From Camelus ferus (taxonomy: Eukaryota): a stretch of 64,000 bases of DNA. The DNA lies in contig NC_045697.1 of the NCBI RefSeq assembly GCF_009834535.1, forward strand, positions 54,252,001-54,316,000, in the 5' to 3' direction. The notes under the pieces are model-generated. The model saw nothing but the letters and a program-made list of their open reading frames with translations, was not told where the DNA came from and made no database searches. Made by a program: the position numbers and the translations under genes. This document shows, piece by piece, positions 13,490-25,172 of the stretch (its first letter is position 1; each line of letters begins with the position of its first letter).

Positions 13490-13940
13490 CAGCATTTTAC
13501 ATGTGTTTAATCTTTAAAAGCCTATGAGTAGCATATCAAAATCTTTGTTTTAGAGGTTAGGAAACTGAGGCTTCAGTTGGTTCAGTAACCTTTCCAAAGT
13601 CACCCAGTTCATGAGCAGAAGGAGAGGCTTCAAACCCAGTACTGAGCCAAGGTTCTCTCCACCATCTCTCAAGGCCTCCCTCTGTGTCCCATCTCTCTCT
13701 ACATCTTTCTACTTCATCTTCTACGGAGTTTTAGGAAGATATCTCCTACCCTAGATACCTATGCCAGCATATTAGAGTCACCTGGAGAGATTTTTACAAA
13801 TATGAATGTCTAGGTCCCCTCCAGACCATTTATAATCAGAACTCTGGGAGAGGGGCCCCAGCATATTTAAGTTTTGTTTTTGTTTTTCTTTCATTTTGCA
13901 AATGATTCTGTTGCACTACTATATTGAGACCCACTGGTTT
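13490..13940. mobile_element. MIR fragment (about 13490-13660) and MER5-like fragment (about 13760-13940)
   Basis: aggaaactgaggcttcag...ccaaagtcacccag; ttagagtcacctggagag...aatcagaactctggga...ttgagacccactg. Confidence 0.6.
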
Positions 13941-14058
13941 AAATAATGACATTACTCATGTTAAAAATTTTTTCTATTGCTTTAACATTTAATCAGGGGT
14001 ATATTCTTACTATAAAATATCTTATTAACATATGGTTTCTCTCTTATTGTAATAATAG

Positions 14059-14126
14059 GTGGATGAGATATTTATAGACTCGGCCTTGAACAAGCATTAC
14101 ATTAAGAACCAAGTAGTCAGACTGAC
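14059..14126 (+). CDS. TMPRSS11A: TMPRSS11A exon 4 (SEA): VDEIFIDSALNKHYIKNQVVRLT
   Basis: Acceptor taatag| and donor AC|gtacgt; 68 bp, phase 0 to 2; in frame with both neighbouring exons. Confidence 0.93.
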
Positions 14127-15399
14127 GTACGTATGTTTGGGCAAAGGTGGATTCACAGCCTGGAGGGACCAAAAAAGGCAAAGGAGACAGAAACCCTCAT
14201 ATATTGTTACCTCTTTGGGCTTGGCTCTTGGCTGTATTTCTCATAAATATTATCTCCACAATAGTCTCGAAATATAGGATTGACCACCATTTTGTAAATG
14301 CAGAATTCAAGACTCTGAGAGGTTACGTGATATGTTCCAAATTCCCCAAGTGACAGAACGAGAATTCAAACCCCATCAACTTGTTGTAAGTCCTGGAACT
14401 ACCAGAACCCATGGCCTTGAGGAAATCCAGCAGCATGTTACTGCATGCACCAAGCTGTATTCATTACACATGCCATTTCAAAAATATTAAGAAGGCAAAG
14501 CTGACCACAAAATAGGATCATGAGTCTTACCTCTAACGAAGCCCTAGTGACAGGAGGCATGCCTAAACAAAAAGATGTTCCTGTTTTAAGGAATTTATGC
14601 TTGTTGTGGTAGAGGGGGAAGACTCATATCAGTTGCAGAAATTGCTCAGAGGTTTCAATTGTGTTATATGGAAAGTATATAGCAGAACATATACGTAACA
14701 GATGCAAATCTATCCAGTATGACTCATCTTCTTAAATAAAATGAATATATTCAGACATGCTTATTTGAAAGAAACAATTATGACTTTTCTCACCAATAGA
14801 CTAATGCCTCATTGGCAGACTCACTCCAAGTTCCTTAAAGCTTTACTGAGTTAACTAGTGCCCTGCAGAAGGATTTTACAATACACCTGGATAAATTCTA
14901 CAATATTTAGGAGACAGAAAGCATATATTTGCTGAAACTTTCTAAATTTCATGCCTTCCTTTTCCAAATTCTGACCTGCCATAACATTCTAGCCAAGTTA
15001 TCACAGTTTTATTAATACCTTTGAATTTGTTGTCATTATCACTATGTAAGCTTTTGTGTGGGTCCAGAGAAATTCCCCCTGGTAAATAATGTTTTCCTTC
15101 TGATCTGAGAAGAGGGAAAAACTACTTGGTAATTTGTTTACCAATTTACTATAAAATTCTAATTACTTATATCTTCACATTCCAGAGCCTAAGTGAAACA
15201 CAATATCTAAAATATCTTCTAATTTATATGATTTCCTCTTTTTTAACTGAAGGATTCAGGAAAATAGGCCTTTAGTGCTTTTTAGATCTTGGATTTTTTG
15301 AAATGTAAAAGTAAGAGATGGCAGATCAATACACAGTTTTCCATTTTTCAGGGACCTTTTATTGTTTGGTTTTTCTAGTTTGAGTATGTAAAAATTCAA

Positions 15400-15790
15400 C
15401 CACACATATGAAGGAACTTGAACCTGTTTACATGAAAAATTTTCCAGAAATGGACATGTTTAATCTGGAGAATACTCAGAGACCAAAAATATTGCTGTCT
15501 TCAAATATTTTATGTAGAAGAGGGAGTTTATGTTTTACGTATGTCCCAAACGGCAGACCTAAGCCAATGGAATGGAAAATGCAGAGAGACATATTTCAAC
15601 TCCAAATGAAGAACTCTGCTAAAATGAGAGCTGACCAAAAAGAAATAGCATGTTTAGGGAAATGAATTTCCCATCATTTTAATTAGTTTACTGAGGTTAG
15701 ACGAGCACTATGTCATGGAGGTGACTATGATTATCAGATGAGTGACTGGCCAGAGAGACCACTAAGTTTCTTCCAGGCTTCAGAGTTTAT
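15400..15790 (+). mobile_element. L3/CR1 LINE 3' fragment
   Basis: atgtttaatctggagaa...ctgtcttcaaatat...aatggaatggaaaatgcag, typical of the CR1 ORF2 tail. Confidence 0.6.
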
Positions 15791-16062
15791 GATTTTGATG
15801 ATAACATTTTGGTGCTTGAGTCTTACTCAACTACTATAACAAGCCTTCAAATTAATGGGGAAAATGCACTCAAAACATAATGAAAACTTGCAGAGAGAAC
15901 ATATGAAATGACCTTGAGTCATAGAGTGACATATGAGTGTGATGATCAGCTCTTGACACTTTCAACAATTAACGCATAATTTAGTAGGAGAAAATACAGA
16001 AAAGAGCATAAGATATACTTGAAGTATTTTTTGAACAAGTACCTTTCAATCGTGTGTCGTAG

Positions 16063-16220
16063 TCCAGAGGAAGATGGTGCAAAAGTAGATGTCATTATGG
16101 TGTTCCAGTTCCCCTCTGCTGAGCCAAGGGAAGTAAGAAAAAAAATCCATCGCATCTTGAATGAGAAGATAAGAAACACCAGAGCCTTGTCAATAAATGC
16201 CTCATCAGTTCAAGTTAATG
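16063..16220 (+). CDS. TMPRSS11A: TMPRSS11A exon 5 (SEA): PEEDGAKVDVIMVFQFPSAEPREVRKKIHRILNEKIRNTRALSINASSVQVN
   Basis: Acceptor tcgtag| and donor AATG|gtaagc; 158 bp, phase 2 to 1; contains an N-A-S sequon. Confidence 0.94.
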
Positions 16221-18726
16221 GTAAGCAGCTACCTTTCTATGTGATGTGAGGTTCTCTATTAATTCCATTTTATGTCTAATCAAACTTTATATCATTATTT
16301 CCATTCCACATAATACCTAGAATTCAGACGGAAAACTTTCAATTTAAAAAGTGGCATTTAAAGGTTTTATTATTCTCTGATGAAAGTATGTCTGAAGTTA
16401 ATTACTAAGTGTTTTTTCCTGTAGTAATTGACTGGCACTCACTCAAAATAAAACCAAATGTTTACCACTAACAGAGAGGTAATCTGACCCAGCCATGGCC
16501 TCCATGACTAAGCAAGTGAAAACACCAAGTATTTAGCAATAATTGTTCTTCTGTTTCTAAAACATAAACTCATTTGTTGCCTTTTAAAAGTATGGATAGC
16601 TTCTGTAAACAGTGAGATTATGAAGTTAGTGTGAACTTTTTTTTCCTCTGGGTACTTGGGAAAATAGTAAACCAACTTTGGAGCCACTAAAGCCATCTTA
16701 TAAGTAATGCTTTAAAAATCACTAAACTAGGGGAAAAAAATCATTGGAAACATTACTGCTTCTCTAAAAAAAAGAATTAATATTTATCAAAGTCCTTTTC
16801 TATGCTCTTTACATGCAGCATCTAATTTCTATATTCTTGCAAAGTAGGCAAAAAGCACCTTTGTAGATGTGAAAGAGAGGCAAAAAAAAAAATTAAGGAT
16901 TCCAATAATTAAAAGGAGCAAAGATTCAAATCCAGATCTCTAATTTCTCAAGAGGCTTTATGAAAAAAGGGCTCTGTGGTTGAATACATTTTAGAAATTC
17001 TGTCTGTAATATTCACCCCTAGGAAATTCATCCCTTATACTAACATATTAAAGACTCTGAGGAGTCCAGCTAGACAGAAACCTGTTTATCCTTGTCCATT
17101 AAGCTGTTTCCATAAACATCTACTTCCGGGAGACAAGTGCAGATTTCCCCTACAAATTCCAATGGACACTGAGAGAATCAGAGTTAAGTGTGACTAATAT
17201 CAGATATGAAACAGAATGCCCTGCCCTTTCAGGGTATGGCTGACTCTTTAAGAGGAAACCTGACCAGGAAGCGAAATTTTGAGGGGATGGGATGGGCAGG
17301 AGTTCGCTGATGAGACAAAGAGTCAGCTATTCAGGGAATAAATCTGGAGACCTCTCCCAACTCAGGAGGGAAGAACCTGTCAAAGGCTTAATCCACCTTC
17401 TTTACTTTTTTGCTTGTGGGGAAGCAAATGAATCAAGGTTGTGAAATAATGGAAGTTCTGCTAAGTTACATGATGTGTTTTATGCAATTTCTGATAACCA
17501 GTTAATTTGCCAGGAACTTAAAAGCCTGAGCTTGAAACCAAAAAAGAAGCACAAAATGGTCATCAGCTGCCTGGGCTTTTTGTTTCTTACAGGCTCAGTT
17601 TGTGACCTGCAGTGTATTTTAATGACTGAAGTAGAGTCAAGGGCAGGATGTGCTGATGGAGAACCTGACTTGAGAGTTACCTGACTAATTCTAATTCCAC
17701 TGAGTCACCACAGGACCATCCAAATAATTGGCCCATGCATTGCCTCCATTTTCTCATCTGTATAATTGCAATGATAATGTTTGTTATTCCTGAAATCATA
17801 GAAATACCATGAAGATATATGAGAAAATACAGAACACAGTATGGAACATATAGACTATTACCACTTAGAAAGCTAGTAAATTGTGCATATGCTTTGGAAA
17901 CCTGAAAGCATTAATGTGAGTGATTCGTCGTTAAAAACAAAAAAAAAGTGGGGGAGGCCTAGAACACTGAAGGTCTCCAAATTTCCAGATGTAAAAAGAG
18001 CAGTGTTTACCAGAACTTAGGAAAGGCTCATTTAGTAGAAAGATCAGTAGAATCCTCAAGGCAATTCTTATAGACAAAAACATTGCTCTCCAGCAACACT
18101 TAATTTGAAGGACTTCAAGCAAATGGAAAACTGCAGAAATTCTAGACCAAGTCTAGAAATAACCCTCTAGCCCAAGATTTATCCATAATTTGTCAAGAAT
18201 CTGTGTTTTTGTTTTGACAAATAACTGCATGGTGTGGGTCCCTTATGTGTAATATGTCAAAGCAAAACTAAAATCAGCTCTTTTGCACTGCAAATGCCAA
18301 GGCTGTGAAAGGGCTACTTACTGCCTACAAGTTGTTGATGTGGCTCCACTTCCCATCATGTTACTTGTTGCATGTACAGCCCTGGATACTAACCATTTGA
18401 CTCTTAACCCAGACATGTGTTTGAGGGTCACTTTCAAAACTAAGGTGTTAATGTTTCTTTTCAGTCCCAGGCATGCAAAGTAAAAATATTTGGTCAAAGT
18501 TAGAAATCTTCAACAGCAGTTACCTGTGTATGGATAGTTTACCCCTAGGTATAATCATTCTCCCTAAAAATTTTTTCTTTAAAAATCCAATTACAGTCCC
18601 AACCATTGCACTTAACCCTGGAAAGGCGTGATTTGTATCTTGCTCAAACTAAGCTGAAGAAGTTTTAACTGAAGAGTTCTAACATTATACCATTTTCCAT
18701 TTTAATGTATTACTAATATGTGGCAT

Positions 18727-19083
18727 TAAAATACCTCATTTTATTGCACTTCCCCTTATTGCACTTCACAGATATTTTGTTTTTTATATTTTGCTTTTTG
18801 TTTTTGAAGGTTTGTGGCAACCCTGTCAGATAAAGGTCAGCATTTTTAGCAATAAAGTGATTTAATTAAGGCATCTACATTTTTTAAGGCATAATGCTAT
18901 TGCACACTTTATACAGTACAGTATAGGGTAAACATAAATTTTATATGCACTGGGACACCAATAAAAAGTGACTTTATTGCAGTATTTGCTTTATTGTGGT
19001 CATCTGGAATCAAACCCATATACATATATATGTATATGGATATGTGTGTGTGTGTATGCATATATATCTGCAAGGTATGCCTG
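18727..19083 (+). mobile_element. Tigger1 internal-deletion derivative with an internal TA/TG microsatellite
   Basis: Left end atacctcattttattgcactt...gaaggtttgtggcaaccctg; right end atatctgcaaggtatgcctg. Confidence 0.85.
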
Positions 19084-20121
19084 AAGTTTAAAAAAAAAAC
19101 CAAGAAATTTACTACCATAATAAAACATTTGACAGAAAACTGAGTTCCTTCCGCAAGTAAACACTGAGAATCTGTCCTGACCAATTGATTCTTCACCATA
19201 TAATGGTTTGGACAAACCTTTAAGGATATTCTTAAATTGGATTATTTTCAAAAGCTCACACTTTGTAAAGTTCACCATCACTTGTTTCCCAAATGAAATT
19301 TATAGAAGGTAAGTAGAAGGAAACATTCTTACTGTGCACAATGGGAAATTAGATGCAGAGAATATGAGTTTCAGAAACACGGCACTGGTAGAAATAAGTA
19401 AAACAGTCTAGCCTCATTATACTCATTAAGTCTTTTTAATTTGAAAACCATTACAATTTTCATGCAGACTTCCACCAACTTAAGTTTAAATGTTTGTATG
19501 TATTTTATCAGATTCCTAACTCTGCTGGAAATTGACAGATTTTAATCTTAGATTCTGTACAATAGTTGGCCTTTACCAATATTAAGCAGATGTTTGATAA
19601 GAAGACACAACAGGTTTAGAACTGCATTATAAATATAGTTTATGTGGGCATTTTGTTTCTTTTTTTTATTCCCAAACCATTTGACCAAAGAAAGGCTTAT
19701 ATGAAATCTTAAAGCGGGCCTGTCCTGTTTGTGGCTGGGTGTGAGCCTAAAGATCCCATCTAGTCACTCCCTTTCTCCACTTTCTCTATCTCCTTAAGGA
19801 AAATCCAAAGAGGCTTTACCCTGCACCTTTGGAGAGCCACTGTTCTGTATTAATGCAAACTACTCATGGTTTTGATCATCCACTATTTGTGTCTTAATTA
19901 CTCACTGCTTGAGGTATTATTCACCTAATTCAAGGTTGTCTATGAATTTCTACAAAAATTGTACACCTATTCTGTTACATCAGGTAGCTATTTTCCTGAC
20001 TGATCCATATGCTCAAGTGTCTAGAATCCATAGTTAGTCAGTATCCTCTGATAATTTCTGGTCATTGAGACCAACCAGAAGAATATCAAATCATCATTCT
20101 TTGTTCTATTTTGTTTTTCAG

Positions 20122-20160
20122 CAGTGAGCTCATCAACAGGGAAGCTAACTGTCCAAGCAT
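20122..20160 (+). CDS. TMPRSS11A: TMPRSS11A exon 6 (39-bp linker exon): AVSSSTGKLTVQA
   Basis: Acceptor ttttcag| and donor GCAT|gtaagt; phase 1 to 1. Matches recalled human AMSSSTGELTVQA. Absent from the ORF track because it is too short. Confidence 0.9.
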
Positions 20161-20689
20161 GTAAGTCTAATTAGCTTATAAAAACAAGTTCAATTTCCAT
20201 ATCATAAAGGACAGTATCTTCAAATATTAGCTCAAAATTTCCCATCCATGTCCCACATTTTCTTTGGGAGAAAATAACAATTGGGCAAGAGATGAAAATA
20301 CATCTCTTCTAACTCTGAGACTGATGTTTTTGTCATGTTCTAGGCAAATATTTTACATGGTGGAAATTTGGGGACAATTTAAAGAAATTATATATTTCTG
20401 ATTTTGAATAAATGGGCTTGCCTTTCTAATTTTTTTAAATGCTATGGAATACGCTTTATGCTGAGAAATAAAATAATGAGAAAGTGAAACATGGGGAGGA
20501 GATAGCCCCAATTATTTGTGACTGACCTATAAAATGCATTAATTATACTCATCTTCGTAGTTGACAGCAGCTCCACTCACTCACTTCATATCACTGTGCC
20601 CTAAATTTTGAAAGTTTTTATAGCAGTGTGATGAATTTGAGCAAAGGTGTTCGTTCATTTTCATCCGTGTCTTGCAAATACACTATATA

Positions 20690-21340
20690 TTTTTATTCAT
20701 TCATTCTACAAATATCTTTAACATCTACCAAGTGCCAGGAAGTGAATACAAGTGTGAATGAGACATGATTCCTCCTCTAAAATTAAGAGTTCAGAGGTAG
20801 GGGAAGACATAAATAAATTAGAAAATGTTAAAAACAATGTGATCAGTGCTATGACAGAGAAAGTACACTATGCTATGAGAGTCAGTCACAGAGTCAACTA
20901 ACCTGATCTTTGTGGACTCAGAAGGTAATTCCTGATACAAGAGAGAGGAAAGACCACAAGTCAAGTGACAAGTGGGATTAGTGTCCTGAGCAGGGGATGT
21001 GGTATGTAAAAATGTCTTCAGAAAAGCAAGAACATGGTCATTTCTTATAAATGAAAAACATGAGTATGGCTGGAACAGAGAATGGGGGTTTGGCAGGGGG
21101 CATGGGAAAGGGGTGTGATTAATAGTGATCAAGGACCAGAACCATGCTGAAACATTTCGATTTTGTTTGGAGGGCAATGAGAAGTCACTAAAGGATTTTA
21201 TACATATCAGAAAGGTCACTCAGTTTTCAGTGTGGAGAGTGGACTGCAGGGGCAAGACCAGAGGCAGGAGGATGAACCGGAAAGCTGTTGCAGTCCTCCA
21301 GATGAGAAAAATGGTTGTCTAAACTAGAGAAATGTGATGG
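20690..21340 (-). mobile_element. L2 LINE fragment
   Basis: ttcattcattc...caaatat...gtgccagg tail; gggcaatgagaagtcactaaaggatttta. Confidence 0.7.
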
Positions 21341-22082
21341 AGATTTCTAAAATGACTGGCCACAGTGGGGGTGTAATCAGTACTGGTAAAATAAATTTCC
21401 CCTTTTGATACTTCACTTATAGGAACAAGAACTGAACCTACCATATTTTCTTTATTAGCACCATGCTCCAAACAGGCTTAATTCTTAGCAGGAACCCTAG
21501 GCAGCAAACTAACCTCTGATCTGATGCACATAGTACATTACATATTTATTTCCACCAATAGTGAATGTGATGTTTATATGGAAACATGGAACCCTCCATC
21601 CTGAAGAGTGAGACTGGCCATGATACATTAACTCAAGCGCACCTTAGGAACTAGTCAGAAAAATGTATAGGAGAAGGAGTTCCAAGGAATTGGCAGTTAC
21701 CTCCCTAACCAGTTCTTCCTTCAGTCGAAGAGGACTTCAAAGTAACATGATGGGCTCACCTAAAGCTGAGAAACAGTCATCTTAGTAGGAGCTCCCAGAA
21801 CATCTGGATAATTGATACTGCAAGTCCTCAGGACACATACTTTGTGGTGTGTCAACCCTTTGCAGCCTTACATAGCTTCAGAAGGCAATATATATATCCA
21901 CATTTACAAATGGGGGGAGTGAGCAAAACACCAGCTATCAGGAAATACAGAGGATGGATATTAATGTTGTGCATGTTTATATAATGACAGATGTAAATAT
22001 TGCATGGCAATACTCTACTAGTCTCTCTGTGTGAAAGATTATTGAGATGTTTCTTATGACTTAATGATCTCATGTCTTTCAG

Positions 22083-22254
22083 GTTGTGGTAAAAGAGTTG
22101 TTCCATTAACAGTCAACAGAATAATGTCCGGAGACCTTGCAATAAAGGCTGCCTGGCCGTGGCAAGCTTCCCTTCAGCATAACAATATACATCAGTGTGG
22201 GGCCACCCTGATTAGTAATACGTGGCTTGTCACTGCAGCGCACTGCTTTAAGAA
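22083..22254 (+). CDS. TMPRSS11A: TMPRSS11A exon 7: pro-domain Cys, activation site R|IMSG, catalytic His (TAAHC)
   Basis: Acceptor ctttcag| and donor AA|gtaagt; 172 bp. [56 protein letters not shown]; His codon at 22241-22243. Confidence 0.96.
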
Positions 22255-23989
22255 GTAAGTGATTGATGTTAACTTGCTACTACTGCTAAAAAAAATTCTG
22301 AGTTTTATCTTCTGAGTAATAATGCCCCCAAATTCTACTGAGGTAAAATGAGAAAAACTTTTCAGGTTCATTTCTAAAATAATTTACACTAGCACTTATT
22401 TGGAAAGTCAGTGGGGTTATTATAATCATTATCCTAGTGTATACTGATCAGGTCCTCAGAGTTTTACATAAAGAAATTGTTTAAAGAGACAGAAGTCCTA
22501 AAACAAAATATTTACTAATAACATATATAATTAATTCTTTCTCAAACAATCCTCTTAATACTAGTGTCTGTTTCTGCCAAAGATTTGGGCCAGTCTCAAA
22601 ATTATCAAATTAATTACAAAGTGAAATGAAAATCTTCAGTGGACATAGGAAGTTGATAATGTGATAATGGAGAATTGCTCAAATCAAACCTATAGTTTTG
22701 ACATATGAAGATCTAATGGAATTAGAGCAGTTCACAAATCAAAATGAAAAAATGATCAGGATGATAAGGACAGGCACTTGAAAGAGATTCCTTTGAGTGA
22801 CAGATTATTAAGAGAGGGTTTTGGGCCACCCAATGAGACCTTCATATACTATGACACCTCTTGACAATGGTGCTACAAAGGGCAAACTGAAGTAAAGAGA
22901 AAGTTTCATGTACTTGTTTGAATGAACAGTTGACACTTGATTCTTTATTCATTCTGAGCATAGTTACAACATAAATTTTATTAAGTAAAAGATAAAAGTG
23001 ACTGTTTTTTTCATAATTTTAGTTTTACTTTAAAGAGAATAACCAGTTGGATTTTTACGTTTAAAATCTCGGATTTCTTCTAGGTAGATTCACTTTATGG
23101 CCTTATTTTCTAGTATCGATTATCATGGTGATAACAAGAGCTTCCTGGGTATTTCTGTAAAGCAGGTGGAAATAGAACTTAGTAGGTAAAATATTGCCAG
23201 ACAGTAGGGGAGCTGGATCTGATCTCTGCAACCTTGGGCAAATTATTAAACCATAGTGTAATGGGAAACAGATGGACTAGATCATCTCAAGATCCTTTTG
23301 AGTCCTATAATTTTGACTTTTGATAGCACAGTAAGTTCTGCCTACATATGAGTCTAAACCTATATAGAGACTTAGATTCTTAAAGTGTGAAAGACATGAG
23401 AGTTCAATAGGTCAACATAGTAGAAATAACAGAAATCCCTTAGTCAGGTGCCTAGGTTGGGACTGAATATCTTAAAATAATGGAGAGCTTACTAGCTCCA
23501 AAGTTAGGCGATTTTGTGGTAGATAGTTCTGTGTTTGCAAATACCTTTATAACACTGAATACCAAATCTGCCACCTAATAACTTTTATCCATTGATATTT
23601 GTTCTTTCATCTGGAATAAAATGGATCAAATTTATTTCTTCATCCATTGAACAGCTGTTTCTTAGTTTCTCTTTTTCAGGCCTTATTATACATTATAAAG
23701 TAAGTGAGAATCTCTAAACTATATGTGAAAATAAATATTCTATTTTATTTCACAGCATCAACTTTCAGATGACCTCAAATCTTGGTTCTTCTCTAAATGC
23801 TCTTGATTTCTGTCAGTGTCTGCCTTAAAATATGCTTCGAAGAACTAAATACATCTCTCAAGACAGATAGTATGACCAGTGTCTTAATGACAAAATAAAA
23901 TGGGAAGACTTCTGGAAAAAATTAAATAATATAAACTGAATGCAAGGGTAACAAGTAACTCAGTAAATAAACAACTCTATCCAAAGGAT

Positions 23990-24530
23990 GATGATCAAGA
24001 ATTGTTGAAATACTGAGGATATTTTTAACGGCCCACTAAAGATCTCAACTCTGCATCATGTCCTAGACAGAATATTTTCTGGGCTTGGCACATGATGTAA
24101 AAGTTATGCTTATAAAGTAGCTAACATTCTCTGGAAAGGAAAATCAATGTGTGGGTAAGAAAGTCAGAAATTTCAAAAGGATTTTAATTATGTTAGAGTA
24201 ATAAGCAATAACTAAATGATGAATTTAAGCAGATATAAATATAAGGTTCTAACTTGAGTCAAAAAAAAAAAAAAAAAACTAAGTCTGTCAGTACGGAAAG
24301 CAGGTATCGGCTTTAACATGTAAAAATTGCTTAGAAATTTTTGCCACAAGATAGTCCACTGCAAATCAGTTGTTTACAAAACTATATTGTGATTTAGACT
24401 GCATTAAAAGAAATGTAGAACCCAGAATAAATAAGATGTTAGACTCTGCTTTGATTAGATCGTACCTGCAACAGTGAATTCTGCCTTGGAAAACACACTT
24501 AGGGAGAACCTGACACAGTGAAGTGCTTTT
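23990..24530 (+). mobile_element. L3/CR1 fragment, probably continuing to about 25370 after the L1 and MER5A insertions
   Basis: tgcattaaaagaaatgtag...ctctgctttgattagatcgtacctg, CR1 RT-like. Confidence 0.5.
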
Positions 24531-24541
24531 AAAAAGTTTTA

Positions 24542-24973
24542 TTCCAATGTATATTCTTGCCTTCTTTGTCAAAGATGAGAATGTCATTCTAAGTGAAGTA
24601 AGCCAGAAAGAGAAAGAAAAATACCATATGAGATCACTCATATGTGGAATCTAAAAAACAAAAACAAAAACAAACAAACAAAAACAAAGCGTAAATAAAG
24701 GACAGAAATAGACTCACAGAGAATACAGACTTGTGGTTACCAGGGGGGTGGAGGGTGGGAAGGGATAGACTGGGATTTCAAAATTGTAGAATAGACTACA
24801 CTGTATAGCACAGGGAAATATACACAAAATGTTATGATAACTCACAGAGAAAAAAATGTGACAATGAGTGTGTATATGTCCATGAATAACTGAAAAATTG
24901 TGCTGAACACTGGAATTTGACACAACATTGTAAAATGATTATAAATCAATAAAAAATGTTAAAAAAAATTTAA
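24542..24973 (+). mobile_element. Young lineage-specific L1 3' end with a 35-bp 5' inversion and 11-bp TSDs
   Basis: Sense ORF2 end ENVILSEVSQKEKEKYHMRSLICGI*, then 3'UTR, AATAAA and A tail. Inverted piece 24542-24576 reads IFDKEGKNIHW on the - strand. TSD AAAAAGTTTTA at 24531-24541 and 24974-24984. Confidence 0.92.
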
Positions 24974-25013
24974 AAAAAGTTTTAGATGATAAAGAAAGGT
25001 GATAATATATCCA

Positions 25014-25172
25014 AACAGCCTTGCCACTCAACATGTGGTCCACAGACCAGCAGCATTCACATCACTAGGAAATGTGTTGGAAATGCAAGAATCTCAAGCC
25101 CCACAGAATCAGGAGCTGTATTAAAAGGCTCCCCAGGTTATTTGCACACTAAAGCTTGGGAAACACCATCCT
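25014..25172. mobile_element. MER5A hAT-Charlie element
   Basis: ctcaacatgtggtccacagaccagcagcat...gaaatgca...ctccccaggttat...aagcttgggaaacac. Confidence 0.8.

Noticed and set aside
22064..22258. ORF-track starts and ends for the TMPRSS11A exons (also 575, 16019, 27391)
   Set aside because: The ORFs run into introns. The true boundaries are the GT-AG splice sites listed under features.
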